This document shows, in pieces, positions 23,930-38,547 of a DNA stretch of 64,000 nucleotides. This stretch comes from Mycoplasmatota bacterium (GTDB lineage: Bacteria > Bacillota_I > Bacilli_A > Mycoplasmatales > MT37), in the NCBI GenBank assembly GCA_033560715.1, contig CP138194.1:44486-108485 (forward strand). The letters run 5' to 3'. The position numbers were made by a program, and so were the translations under genes. The notes beneath the pieces are model-generated. The model had not been told where the DNA came from, searched no databases, and saw nothing but the letters and a program-made list of their open reading frames with translations. The stretch's first letter is position 1; each line of letters begins with the position of its first letter.

Positions 23930-24238
23930 CTAAAATTTCATAATTATTAATAAAAAATAACAAAATAAAGAAATTATACCGGTTCAAAAATCAAACACTG
24001 CTTTAGTTGGTAAAAATCAAATTATCACGAATGGAATCAAATAAAACATATTTTTAAACAGTAAAAATATTAAAATTCAAAATTTTCGTTTTGCCATTCG
24101 CAAACTAGTAATTGCATAAAAAAAATTAAATCAAATTAAACTAATAATGCAATAATTTAACATCATTAATGTGAAAGTGAAGAGATATTTGGGGTTATTT
24201 CATCAAACGGTAAAACTATAAGCAACTAACGTCATCAT
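23930..24238 (-). CDS. hypothetical small hydrophobic protein (102 aa, six TGA-encoded Trp)
   Basis: Visible only in table 4: MMTLVAYSFTVWWNNPKYLF...FWTGIISLFCYFLLIIMKF. It fills the upp/yitT gap on the same strand. Confidence 0.35.
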
Positions 24239-24275
24239 TCCGATCAGAATGAAACGCCAATACTGTAACAGTTTA

Positions 24276-24905
24276 TTATTCACCAAATAAACGATCACCA
24301 GCATCACCTAAACCAGGAACAATGTAGGCATGATGATTTAATGCTTCAACATTTTTAGCTAAATAAATTTGAACATTTGGATAGATTTGATGAATTTTTT
24401 TAATCGCTTCTTTAGTTCCTAAAATTCCCACAACTTTAATTTTTAATGGTGTTTTAACAACGTTTTTTATTTCTTCAATGCTTTTTAAAATTGTGTTTCC
24501 ACTTGCAATCATTGGATCAAGAATTACAATTAAAGAACGATTAGTAATTTTTGGTAATGTAAAATGATATTTATGAATTTCTAAGCTTTTTGCTTCCCGT
24601 TTAAATCCAGCAAAGCCTAATTTACTTTTCGGTAAAATACTTGAAAAAGCATGTAACATTCCTAACCCAGCACGTAAAATTGGTAAAAGAATAATTTCTT
24701 CATTAATAATATCAATATCTTGTTTTGCTAACGGTGTGTGAATTGTTTTTTTAATTGTTCGCACATCATTAAAAACTTCGGCAATCATTAATAGACTAAT
24801 ATCATGCAAAATTTTCCGAAACATTTTATTATTTGTGGCTTTATCTTTCAATGTCGCTAATTTTGTGTTAATTAATGGATTATTAAAAATAATAACTTTA
24901 TTCAT
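24276..24905 (-). CDS. upp: uracil phosphoribosyltransferase
   Basis: Uninterrupted 209-aa ORF with the PRPP motif VILDPMIASGNT and C-terminal GLGDAGDRLFG. Confidence 0.95.
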   Translation of the reverse strand: MNKVIIFNNPLINTKLATLKDKATNNKMFRKILHDISLLMIAEVFNDVRTIKKTIHTPLAKQDIDIINEEIILLPILRAGLGMLHAFSSILPKSKLGFAGFKREAKSLEIHKYHFTLPKITNRSLIVILDPMIASGNTILKSIEEIKNVVKTPLKIKVVGILGTKEAIKKIHQIYPNVQIYLAKNVEALNHHAYIVPGLGDAGDRLFGE

Positions 24906-25002
24906 ATTTTATATTTAATATATTATATTACTAAATTCGGTCTTTTTTGATTTTTTTAATGCGTTTTTTTGTTAAAATATAGTTAAAATAATTAAAAATT
25001 TT

Positions 25003-25758
25003 ATGTATACTTTAGCAGCAAAAATTAATACTAAAATTAATTCAATTAATTCACAAGGAATTTTTTCAATTATTATTATTGTTTGTTTAATGGTTACGTT
25101 TTCACTTATTTATTTTGTAAAAAAACGGCGTCAAAAAATTAATCAAGCTTCAACTGGTTTTATTTTATTAGTTGATTTAACATTGTATTGAATTCGTACA
25201 ATTGTAATCAATGTTTTAGGAAAACGTTTTCATTTTTTAACTCCGTATGCATTTTTTTTATTACTTTACGTTAATCTTGGTAATTTGCTAAGTTTATTTG
25301 GATTAGAATCGCCAATGACTTTTTTATCCGTTCCGCTATCACTAGGATTAATTACTTTCTTAGGAATTCATATTTTTGGCATTATATTTCGTGGTTGAAG
25401 ATATTTTAAAAAATTTTTAAATCCATTAGAAATCATTTCCCAATTCGCACCATTTATTTCGATTTCATTTCGGATTTTTGGTAATTTATTAGCTGGTTTT
25501 TTTATCATGTTTTTATTTTATAAATATTCAGCAGAATTATTAGGACCAAACTTAAAATATTTTAATATATTATCTGTTGTTGCCGCACCTTTTCACATGT
25601 ATTTTGATATTTTTACTGGGTTTATTCAATCATTTATTTTTATGATGTTAACTTTAACTTACTGATCGTTTGAACGACCATACAAATCACTTAAAAATCA
25701 AAAAAATCTCCCCGATAACGACCCAAAGTTATATAATGAAGTTTTACGTGAAAATTAA
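25003..25758 (+). CDS. atpB: F0F1 ATP synthase subunit a
   Basis: ISFRIFGNLLAG contains the essential Arg motif. First gene of the atp operon. Confidence 0.88.
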
Positions 25759-25787
25759 TTTTAAAAAAAAGAGAGGATAATTAAATT

Positions 25788-26018
25788 ATGGCTATGGAAG
25801 AAAATTACAAATGAATTGCAATTGGTTTATCAACGATTTCATTTATTGGAAGTGGAATTGGACAAGGATATGCAGCCGGTAAAGCTGCCGAAGCAGTTGG
25901 AAGAAATCCAGAAGCAGAAAATAAAATTCGAACAATTATGATTGTTGGTTGCGCGATTGCTGAATCAGGCGCAATTTACGGATTAATCATCGCTTTGATC
26001 CTATTATTCCTTAAATAA
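25788..26018 (+). CDS. atpE: F0F1 ATP synthase subunit c
   Basis: 76-aa hairpin protein, RNPE loop, [11 protein letters not shown] carries the carboxylate. GAGAGGA Shine-Dalgarno at 25771-25777. Confidence 0.9.
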
Positions 26019-26039
26019 ATCCTGTTTGTATATATTGAT

Positions 26040-26561
26040 ATGAGTATAGGAGAAATTATTAAAACAAAGTTGCAATTTGATGTTCCCATTTTAATTGCCC
26101 ATTTAATTGCAATCATTGTCATTACAGGATTTTTGATTTATTTTGTTTACCGCCCTTTTGTTAAATGATTAAAAAATCGGCAATTAAAAGTTGATGAATA
26201 CTATCAAAATGCCGAAAAAACAAATCAAAATGCAATTAAAACACAAGCAAAAGTACAACGCGAATTGGAAAAAACGATTCAAAAACGCGCTAAAATTTTA
26301 TTTGATACACAAGCTAAATCGCTCAAAAAATCCCAAACAATTATCGAAAACGCACGACAAAAAGCGCGTGAAAACATTGCTAAAAGTCGTTTCGAGGCCG
26401 CTGAAATTAAAAATAATTTACAAACCCAAATTAATACTGAAATCGTCGAAAACGCCGTTAATTTAAGTCGCAAATTACTAAAACGCGAACTTAAAACCAA
26501 AGACCATTTAGAATTAATTGAAGATTTTATTAAAGATGTTAACAAAAAATCAACAAAATAA
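26040..26561 (+). CDS. atpF: F0F1 ATP synthase subunit b
   Basis: One N-terminal TM helix followed by a long charged helix. Operon position. Confidence 0.8.
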
Positions 26562-27093
26562 TATTATTAGTGCTTATAGCACAGGATTTACTAACTTTTT
26601 AAAGAATACTAACAATAATTTAAGTTCGTATTATGAAGAAAGTAAAATGTTACAAACACTAATTCAAAATCATCCTCAATGAATTTTAATTTGATTAAAA
26701 TGACCACGTTTAAAAGTCAAAAAGTTTTTTAATACAATTTTAAAACGCTTTTTTGCCAATCATTGAATTAATTTATTCGAATTATTATTAAATGATGGTT
26801 ATTTAATGTATCTTGAAACAATTTTAAAGCAAATTAAACATCAAATTGCCAAATTATTAAATATTAAATTTGGTGCCATTTATACAGTTTTTTTACTTGA
26901 TGAAAAACAAATTCAAGCAATCACGATTGCAATCACCAATTATTTTAATTGTAAGGTTGAATTAAATAATTACATTGATTTACAATTAATTGGTGGCGTA
27001 CTTGTAAAAATCGCCAATCAACGATTTGATAACAGTATAAGTTACCGTTTAAAGAAAATGCAAACATTAATTACGAATAATTATGAAAATTAA
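26536..27093 (+). CDS. atpH: F0F1 ATP synthase subunit delta
   Basis: C-terminal LIGGVLVKIANQRFDNSISYRLKKM is an OSCP-type motif. It overlaps atpF by 26 nt. Confidence 0.78.
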
Positions 27094-28672
27094 ATTAGCC
27101 GAAATTACAAAAATTATCGAAAATAAATTAAAATCAACTACTTTAAAAACTGATTTTTCGAAATCTGGTGAAGTGATTTCAATTGGTGATGGAATTGCAA
27201 TTGTGCAAGGGTTAGATGATGTCGCTTATTTAGAAAAAGTGGTATTTGAAAACCATCAAGTTGGAATTGCTTTTACACTTGAAGAGAAATATGTTGGTGT
27301 AATTGTATTAGATCAAGAAAATAAAATTAAAGAATACGATCGTGTGGTTGGAACCGGCGAAATCTTTTCGATTCCAGTTGGAAAAGAATTACTTGGACGT
27401 GTTATTGATTCATTAGGAAATCCGCTCGATGGTAAAGGTGTCATTTCAACGAAAGAAAAAGCGATTATTGAAAAAGTTGCACCCGGAGTAATGGAACGAC
27501 AATCAGTTGATAGTCCTTTAGAAACAGGTATTTTAGCAATTGATGCTTTATTTCCGATTGGTAAAGGACAACGAGAATTAATTATTGGTGATCGTCAAAC
27601 CGGTAAAACTACGATTTTAACGGATACAATCATTAATCAAAAAAACAAAGATGTAATTTGTATTTACGTTGGAATTGGTGCAAAAACTTCTGGTCTTTTA
27701 GAAATTATTAATAAATTCAAAACGCATCAAGCAATGAAATACACCATTGTGGTAGCGGCAACTGCTTCAACATCAGAATCATTAAAATATATTGCGCCTT
27801 TTGTTGGAATTACGATTGCTGAAACATTTTTAAAACAAGGAAAAGATGTTTTAATTGTTTTTGATGATTTAACTAAACATGCAATTGCTTATCGAGGATT
27901 ATCATTATTATTAAATAAAACACCGGGCCGAGAAGCTTACCCTGGTGATGTCTTTTATTTACATTCTCGTCTTTTAGAACGTGCTGTTCGTTTAAATAAA
28001 CAAAACGGAAATGGATCAATTACCGCATTACCAGTAATTGAAACTCAACAACAGGATTTAGTAGCATACATTCCAACCAATGTTATTTCGATTACCGATG
28101 GACAAATTTTTTTGATGACTGATCTTTTTAACGCTGGATATAAACCAGCAATTGATTACGGTTTATCAGTTTCACGGGTTGGTTCATCGGCACAAATCGC
28201 CAAAATGAAAAAAGTGGTCGGTTCTTTAAAACTCGATTTAGCTCAATATAAAGAATTTGCTGTATTTGCACGATTTGGTGGTAATTTAGATTTGGGAACA
28301 CAAAAAATTTTAGCACACGGTGAACGAATCTTAGAATTGTTAAAACAACCAGAAGCACAACCATTATCACAATCATTAATGGTGGTAATTTTATACGCGA
28401 TTCAAGAACGTTTAATGAAAGATCTACCAGTTGAAGCAATTGCCGAATTTCGATCAACTTTAATTGAACATTTTCAAAATTTAAAAACCAAGCAATGAAA
28501 AAAATTTGATCAAAATAACGATTGAGACGTTAAAAATACTTTATGATTAAAAACCGAAATTACCAAAATTGTTAAATCAATTGCTGTTAAATATCCAACC
28601 ACAAAACCAGTTTTAAAATCAACCAAAAATCAAAATGAAACTAAACCAAAAAGTACTCGAACAAAAAATTAA
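27083..28672 (+). CDS. atpA: F0F1 ATP synthase subunit alpha
   Basis: GDRQTGKT P-loop. ORF 27083-28498 reads on through three TGA codons to TAA 28670-28672. Confidence 0.95.
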
Positions 28673-29441
28673 AGCGGTTAATAAAATTGCCAAAATTACC
28701 AAGGCAATGAAAATTATTGCTACAATGCGTTATCAAAAATTAATAAAACGATTTCAAATTTGAGACAATTTAATTACTGATTTACAAATTGTTATGGCCG
28801 CCTTTAAATTTACCAACGCTAAACCGTTTGACAAAAATTTACCCGAATTAAACATTCTTTTGACATCTGATTTAGGATTGTGTGGATCTTATAATACAAA
28901 TTTATTTACTTTTTACCGACAACAACGTCAAGCAAAATGAATTGTAATTGGCAAAAAAGGGATTAATCATTTTCAATATTTAAATATTCAAACGTGATTT
29001 AGTTTGGAACAAAATCATTTTAACGATTGACAAAAAGCAAACACTTTATTTACAAAAATTATTGATTTAATTAATAATGTTCCGCACAAAATTTCAATTA
29101 TTTACACCCACCCTTATTCTTTAACTGATTTTAAAGTGCGTAAAATTACTATTTGACCAGTTGAATTGATTGATGATACGTTACCAAGTTTAATAAATTA
29201 TAAATTTACCTTTGAACCAAATCGCACCGTCATTTTACAACATCAATTAATTTTTTATCTTCAAATATTCACCGAAGCTTGTTTTATGCTTGCCCAATTA
29301 ACCGAACAAGCCACCCGTCAACGAATGATGGAAAGCGCCACTGAAAATTCCAAAACGATGGTAACGGATTTAAAATTAAAATACAATCAAACACGACAAG
29401 AAAAAATTACGAATGAAATTTTAGAGATTAGTCAAGAATAA
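28635..29441 (+). CDS. atpG: F0F1 ATP synthase subunit gamma
   Basis: IAKITKAMKIIATMRYQK at the N-terminus and ITNEILEI at the C-terminus. In frame with fragment 29166. Confidence 0.85.
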
Positions 29442-29476
29442 AAATTGAAAACCAAGTATAATTTTAATCAAACTAA

Positions 29477-30973
<1,497 letters not shown>

Positions 30974-30976
30974 TTT

Positions 30977-31231
30977 ATGGAAATTAAAATTTATCAAGGA
31001 TTAAATTTATTATTTGCAACTAACAATGTTAATGCAATTAATGTAAAATTAAAAATTGCTGGTGAAGTTACTGTTTTACCAAACCACATTCCGTTAGTTG
31101 GTGAAATTCAACCATGCGAAATTGTTGTTCATACCAGCAATCGAAAACAACTTTTTAAGGTTTCAAGTGGATTATTTTATTTTGCTGGCAATCATATTAA
31201 AATTATTACTCAATCATTAACAAATGCATAA
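30977..31231 (+). CDS. atpC: F0F1 ATP synthase subunit epsilon, N-terminal beta-sandwich only (84 aa)
   Basis: Operon position after atpD. VLPNHIPLVGEI motif. Genuine TAA stop 31229-31231. Confidence 0.7.
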   Translation: MEIKIYQGLNLLFATNNVNAINVKLKIAGEVTVLPNHIPLVGEIQPCEIVVHTSNRKQLFKVSSGLFYFAGNHIKIITQSLTNA

Positions 31232-33587
31232 TTTAAAATTTCGTTTTACCGATTTATTTAGTCAAAATTATTGAATTTTACGTAAATATCGTCCGTTAGT
31301 ATTAGCAATTGAAAATCAATACGCCAAATTAGTCAATCATAAACGCTTAGAATTATTAATTAAAGCAAATGAATTAAAAACGCAAATTAATCAACAACCA
31401 GCTGAAAAACGTTCTCAAAATCAATTTTTAATTGCTGCTTTTGCCTTGGCAATGGCGGCAATTAAACATGTTTTAAACATTAAATTACATTCGGTACAAA
31501 TTTACGGTGCTTTAGCTTTACATTTCGGCAACGTTGCCGAAATGAAAACCGGTGAAGGAAAAACTTTAACGGCGATTTTACCGGCGTTTTTTAATAGTTT
31601 ATTAAACAATAAAGTTTATATTGTGACCGTAAATGAATATTTGGTTGAACGTGATGCAAAAAACAACGCACCCATTTTTAATCTTTTAGGTTTAGAAGTC
31701 GGTTTTATACTTGCATCAATGGATTCAAATGCAAAATTTACCACTTATAAAAACCCAATTATTTACATTACCAATTCGGAAATTGGCTTTGATTATTTAC
31801 GAGATAATATGCGTACTTTATTAGATGCAAAAATGCAAGAATCACTTGATTACGTTATTGTTGATGAAGTTGATTCAATTTTAATTGATGAAGGTCGAAC
31901 ACCTTTAATTATTTCCGGTAAAGAAATTAATCGAACAAATTTATATCTTAAAGTTAATAATTTTGTCGATCGTTTAAGACCAACTGATTATAAAATTGAT
32001 CGCGAACATAAACAAATTTTTTTAATTACAAGTGGAATTTTAAAAGCACAAACTTTTTTTAAAATTGATAATTTATTTGATTTAGAAAATTCGGAATTAT
32101 TTCATTTTATTAATAACGCTTTATATGCACATAAATTACTGATTAAAAACATTGATTACATTGTTAAAAACAAACAAATTTTATTAATTGATCATTTTAC
32201 CGGGCGAATTTTAGAAGGACGAAGTTTATCAGAAGGATTACATCAAGCACTCGAAGCAAAAGAATCGCTTGCAATTAAGAAAGAAACAAGTATTTTAGCT
32301 TCAATTACTTATCAAAATTTTTTCCGTTTATTTAAAAAAATTGCTGGAATGACTGGAACTGCTAAATCGGAAGCGGATGAATTACGGGAAGTTTACAACA
32401 TGGAAGTAATTCAAATTCCAACCAATAAACCAATTATTCGCCACGATGAAAATGATAAGATTTTTTATAATGATACTTATAAATTTACTCATTTAATTGA
32501 TGATATTAAAAATCGACACGCTAAAGGCCAACCAGTTTTAATTGGAACTAATGCTTTAGAAGTATCAGAAACAATTGCAAAATTTTTAACGCGAATTCAA
32601 TTACCATTTAAATTATTAAACGCCAAACACCATGAATATGAAGCGAAAATTATTGCCAATGCCGGCAAATCAAAAGCGATTACGATTGCAACCAATATGG
32701 CTGGTCGAGGAACCGATATTCGCTTAGAAGAAGCTGCTAAAAATGCTGGTGGATTAGCGGTTTTAGGCGTTGCACGTAACGATTCACGTCGAATTGATTT
32801 ACAATTACGTGGTCGTTCTGGTCGTCAAGGCGAACCAGGTTATTCGTGTTTTTATATTTCGTTAGATGATGTTTTATTTCAACGTTTTGGTAAAATCGGT
32901 TTGAAACGAATTTTTGCTTCTTTAAAAACACTTCCTTTACAATCAGGGATTTTAAATCGGACAATCAAACGTGCCCAAAAACAATTAACCAATTCTAGTT
33001 ATGAACAACGGAAAAATATTTTAGAATACGATAATATTATTAGTCAACAAAGAGCAATTATTTATTTAAAACGGGAAAAGATTTTTAAAATTGAAAATTT
33101 TTTAGAATATTGAACACATTTAATCAATGATTTTATTCAATATCGTTTTCATCTTTTTAGTTTGCGACATTTTCATTTTAATCGTCAAAACATTGAAAAA
33201 TTTCGCTTAGAATTGGTTAAACTGGGAATTTTGAATGATACTGAATTATTATTAAATGAAACTAATTTTCATGATTGAACCGCAGTTTTACGTTATTTTT
33301 CTAACTATTTAATTCACGTTTTTGCTGGTTTAAATTCGGAACAACAAACATTTTTTGTTCCACCAATTAAAATGATTATGTTGCGAATTTTAGATGAATT
33401 ATGATCACATTATTTAATTGAATCCAGTAAAATTAAAGCAGTGGTTTTTTTACAAAGTTATGCGCAAAAACAACCTTTACAAACTTTTATTGAACAAACG
33501 GAAGTAATGTATCAGAATTTAAAAATTAAATTACAAGAAAATACCATCAAAAAAATCAAAAACTGAATTCACAATTATTTAAATTAA
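31224..33587 (+). CDS. secA: preprotein translocase ATPase SecA
   Basis: MKTGEGKTLTA, VDEVDSILIDE and TNMAGRGTDI motifs. ATG 31224 overlaps the atpC stop by 8 nt. Confidence 0.95.
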
Positions 33588-33618
33588 AATTGTAAGTATA
33601 ATTTAATTGTGATTATTT

Positions 33619-35616
33619 ATGAAAAAAAACTTGCCTTCCAACCAATTTCAATTAGTTAGTCAATTTTCATTACGTGGTGATCAAAACCAAGCAGTGGAAA
33701 AATTAACGTCAGCAATTCAAAACAATCAAATTCATAATGTTTTACTTGGTGCAACCGGAACCGGAAAAACTTTTACGGTTGCCAATGTGATTGAAAAAAC
33801 CCAAAAATCAACCTTAGTAATTTCTCACAATAAAACTTTAGCTTTACAATTATACGGTGAATTTAAAGCGTTTTTTCCTCACAATCGTGTTGAATATTTT
33901 ATTTCCCCCTTTGATTTTTATCGTCCTGAAGCGTATTTACCAAATTCTGATTTATACATTGATAAATCAGTTAAATGAAATACTGATATTAAAACAATGC
34001 GAATCAGCACCCAAAATGCTTTAGTAACGCATTCCCATGTAATTGTCGTTGCTTCAGTTGCAGCAATTTACGGCGTGTTAGATCCGGAAAAATACAAACT
34101 ATTTGTATACCATTTACAAATTAATCAAGCATTTAATCATCGTGATTTTATTGATTATTTAATTACAGCTGGATATGAAAATGTTAAAAATGATTTAGCA
34201 GCTGGAAAATTTATTGTTCGTGGTCCATTAATTACGTTAGGTTTACATGATGATACGATTTATTTACGCATCAAAATTGTTGATAATAAAATTGTCAAAT
34301 TATCAAAAATTGCCGCAATTACTTTTAATTTAATCGAAGAATTAACGTCATTTACTTTATTTCCGGCGAAAGAATATCTAATTTCTTCACCACTTTTAAA
34401 TACGGCATGTGAAAAAATTCGGCTTGAATTACAAAATCAATTAAAATTTTTAAGAGATAATAACGAACAATTAAAAGCTCATCGTTTAGAAACGCGTACT
34501 AATCAAGATTTAGAAAACTTACGTGAATTTGGTTATTGTAAAGGAATTGAAAATTATTCTTATCATTTAGAAAATCGTTTACCAAACAGTTTACCTTTTA
34601 CGTTATTAGATTATTTTCCGAAAGATTTTTTAATCGTATTAGATGAATCGCACATTACCTTACCACAACTTAAAGCGATGTTTTTAGCTGATCGTAAACG
34701 TAAGCAAGTTTTGGTTGATTACGGATTTCGATTACCTTCGGCGCTTGAAAATCGCCCTTTACGTTTAAAAGAATTTTTCCGTAAAGCATCACAAATTATT
34801 TATACATCAGCAACACCTAGTGATTTTGAACTGGAAAAAACTAATAATCAACCAGTTGAACAATTAATTCGACCGACTGGTTTATTAGATCCAATCATTG
34901 AAATTGTTCCACCGAAAAATCAAATTAAACGTTTAATTATCGAAATTCAAGCTGCAATTAAAGAAAATACACGGGTTTTTGTTTTAACATTAACGATTAA
35001 AATGGCAGAAGATTTAAGTGAATATTTGCAAACCCAAAATTTTAAAGTTGCTTATATTCACAGTAAATTAAAAACATTTGAACGTACCAAAATTTTGATT
35101 AATTTCCGAAAAGGTGTATTTGATGTCGTGGTTGGAATTAATCTTTTACGTGAAGGTTTAGACATTCCTGAAGTTGCCCGTATTTGTATTTTAGATGCCG
35201 ATCAAGAAGGTTTTTTGCGTGATCGAAAATCATTAATTCAAATGATTGGACGTGCCGCTCGAAACGTTAACGGTAAAGTTATTTTATTTGCCAATAAAAT
35301 TAGTGAAGCAATGCGTTTAGCTATTTTTGAAACCAAACGACGACGTCGTTTGCAACAAGCTTACAATCAAAAACATAATATTATTCCAAAAACAATCGAA
35401 AAACCAATTCAAGATATTTTTCTTGATCAAAATTTAAACGAATTTTATACTAAGATTCAAGCACGCAAATACAGCAAATTAACTCGTGTGCAAACGAAAC
35501 AAATGATTGTTATTTTACAAAAAAAATTACAATTAGCGGTCAAAGGACAAGATTTTGAATTGGCAGCAAAAATCCGTGACATGATTTTTGAATTAATGTA
35601 CAAAAATAGTTTTTAG
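33619..35616 (+). CDS. uvrB: excinuclease ABC subunit B
   Basis: [10 protein letters not shown] and DESH motifs, plus a C-terminal UVR motif. Two fragments joined by one TGA. Confidence 0.95.
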
Positions 35617-35655
35617 TTAAAAACAATCCAAAAATTACATATAATTAATTTATTT

Positions 35656-38547
35656 ATGAAAACTAATCCAAAACCAAAAAAACCTAATCCGCGTGATTTT
35701 ATAACGATTCTAAATGCACGAGAAAAAAATTTAAAAAACATTTCTTTACAAATTCCGAAACAAAAATTAATTGTTTTAACTGGACCATCTGGATCAGGAA
35801 AAACAACATTGGCGTTTGGCACTTTATATGCCGAAGGAAAACGGCGTTATATTGAATCACTTTCATCTTATGCACGACAATTTTTAGGTTCAACTGAAAA
35901 ACCAGCAGTTGATCGTATTATTGGTTTAACTCCAGCTATTGCAATCGAACAAAAAACGATTAATAAAAATCCACGTTCAACCGTTGGTACAATCACAGAA
36001 ATTTATGATTATTTACGTGTTTTGTATGCTCGTGCTGGTTTACCACACTGCGTTAATGGTCATGGTCCAATTACAACGACAACCATTTCAAAAATGGTCA
36101 GTCACATTCGTAATCAATTTCCAACCGCTGTTTTTTTAAAAATTTATGCACCAATCGTTCAAAATCAAAAAGGTCAATTTCAGACCAAGTTTGCCAAATG
36201 AACCCAAGAAGGTTTTTATCAAGTGATGATTAATCAGAAAACTTATTCACTTGATCAAGAAATTACATTAACTAAAAATCAAAAACACAATATCGCATTA
36301 TTAATTGATGAATTTAATTTTGAACACAGTCAAACCGATCAAGAACGTTTAACAATTGCATTAGAAACGGCAATTAATTATGGTCACGGTTTTGTGCATA
36401 TTTATCCTAATGATGGCCAAAAATTAATTTATGCGCAAAAATTTTCATGTGGTGAATGTGGATATAGTATTCCTGATATGGAACCACGTTTTTTTTCTTT
36501 TAATGCTGTTTTAGGTGCGTGTCAAACTTGTAAAGGATTAGGTGAAAATTTAGCCGTTGATGAAAAAATTTTAATTCCTAATCCAAATTTATCAATTAAT
36601 GAAGGCGGAATTTTATTTTATCGTTCGATCATTGGTACGCAATCATTAGATTGACAAAAATTAGTTGGACTTTGTAATCATTTTAAAATTGATCGTGATA
36701 TGCCAATTCGTGATTTAACTGATCGTGAACGTGACCTTATTTTTTACGGTTCAAAAGTTCCGGTTAAATATTGATGAATAAATGAAAAAACTGACAGTCG
36801 TTTATCACTTAATCATGTTATTTCTGGCGTTATTACAATTATTAAACGGCGTTTTTTAAATACATCTTCACGTTCAATTCATTCAAAAATGATGAAAAAG
36901 TATTTAATTCATAAAATTTGTGAAAATTGTCAAGGGAAACGTTTAAATGCTGATGCTTTAAGTGTTTATTTAAATGATTTAAACATTAGTGATTTAACTC
37001 AACTTTCAATTGAGGATTTATTAGCACAAATTAAAAATTTAAATTTAACCAATGAACAATTTTTAATTGTTGAATCAGTTATTAATGAAATTAAAAATCG
37101 TTTACAGTTTTTATGTGATGTGGGATTAAATTATTTAACGTTATCACGTTCGGCCGATACTTTATCAGGCGGCGAAAGTCAAAGAATTCGTTTAGCAACT
37201 CAAATTGGTTCACAATTAACTGGCGTTTTATATGTTTTAGATGAACCATCAATTGGTTTGCATCAATACGATAATCAAAAATTAATTAAAACATTACGTT
37301 CAATTAGTAATTTAGGTAATACTGTTTTAGTGGTTGAACACGATTTAGAAACGATGTTAGAATCTGATTATTTAATTGATTTAGGACCGTTAGCAGGAAG
37401 TTATGGCGGTCAGTTAATTGCAACCGGGACACCAAAACAAATTAAAAACAACCCACAATCATTAACTGGGCAATATTTAAGCGGCAAAAAAACGATTCTA
37501 ATTCCCCAAAAACGTCGCCCAATTAACGATCATTATTTAAAAATTCGTAATGCTAATGCAAACAATTTGATCAATTTTAATGTCGATATTCCATTAAATG
37601 CTTTTGTTTGTATTACCGGTTTATCCGGATCAGGAAAATCAACGCTTTTAAATGATGTTATTTATAAAAATTTACAACAACAATTAAATCGTTACAATAC
37701 TTCAATTCCAGCACCAGTCGATGCAATTATTCATGAATCAAAAATTAAAAAAGTGATTTATATTTCCCAAGATCCAATCGGCAAAACTCCCCGTTCCAAT
37801 CCAGCAACTTATACAAGTCTTTTTACCGACATTCGTAATTTATTTGCTGAAACTCCACTTGCAAAAGCACGTGGTTATAAACCAGGTCGATTTTCATTTA
37901 ATGTCGCTTCCGGACGTTGTTTAAAATGTAATGGTGACGGCCAAATTGCCCATTCAATGTTATTTTTACCTGACGTTTATATTAAATGTGATGAATGTAA
38001 AGGAAAACGATTTAATGCCGCTACTTTAGAAATTAAATTCAAACAAAAAACGATTGCTGATGTACTTGCAATGGAAGTTCAAACGGCTGCGAAATTATTT
38101 GCTTCCCAAATTAATATTGCCCGTAAATTACAAACTTTAATTGATGTTGGGCTTGGTTATTTAGTTTTAGGTCAAAGTTCAATTGAACTTTCTGGTGGTG
38201 AAGCACAACGAGTAAAATTAGCTGCTCATCTTAATAAACGGAATAATTATGATGAAACACTTTATATTTTTGATGAACCAACCACTGGATTACATAGTTA
38301 TGATGTTGCAATCCTTTTAAAAATGCTAAACTATTTAGTTGATCAAGGTGGAAGTATTATTGTTATTGAACATAATTTAGATATTATTAAATCAGCCGAC
38401 TATTTAATTGATCTTGGTCCAAAAGGTGGTAAAAATGGTGGTAAAATTATTGCTTTTGGAACTCCAGAAGTAGTTGCGCAAAATTCTCGTTCTTACACTG
38501 GGAAATTTTTAAAACAAATTTTACAGAAAAATCATTTATGGAAATAA
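35656..38547 (+). CDS. uvrA: excinuclease ABC subunit A
   Basis: Two ABC modules ([21 protein letters not shown]), LSGGE signatures and zinc-finger cysteines. Three fragments share one frame. Confidence 0.95.
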
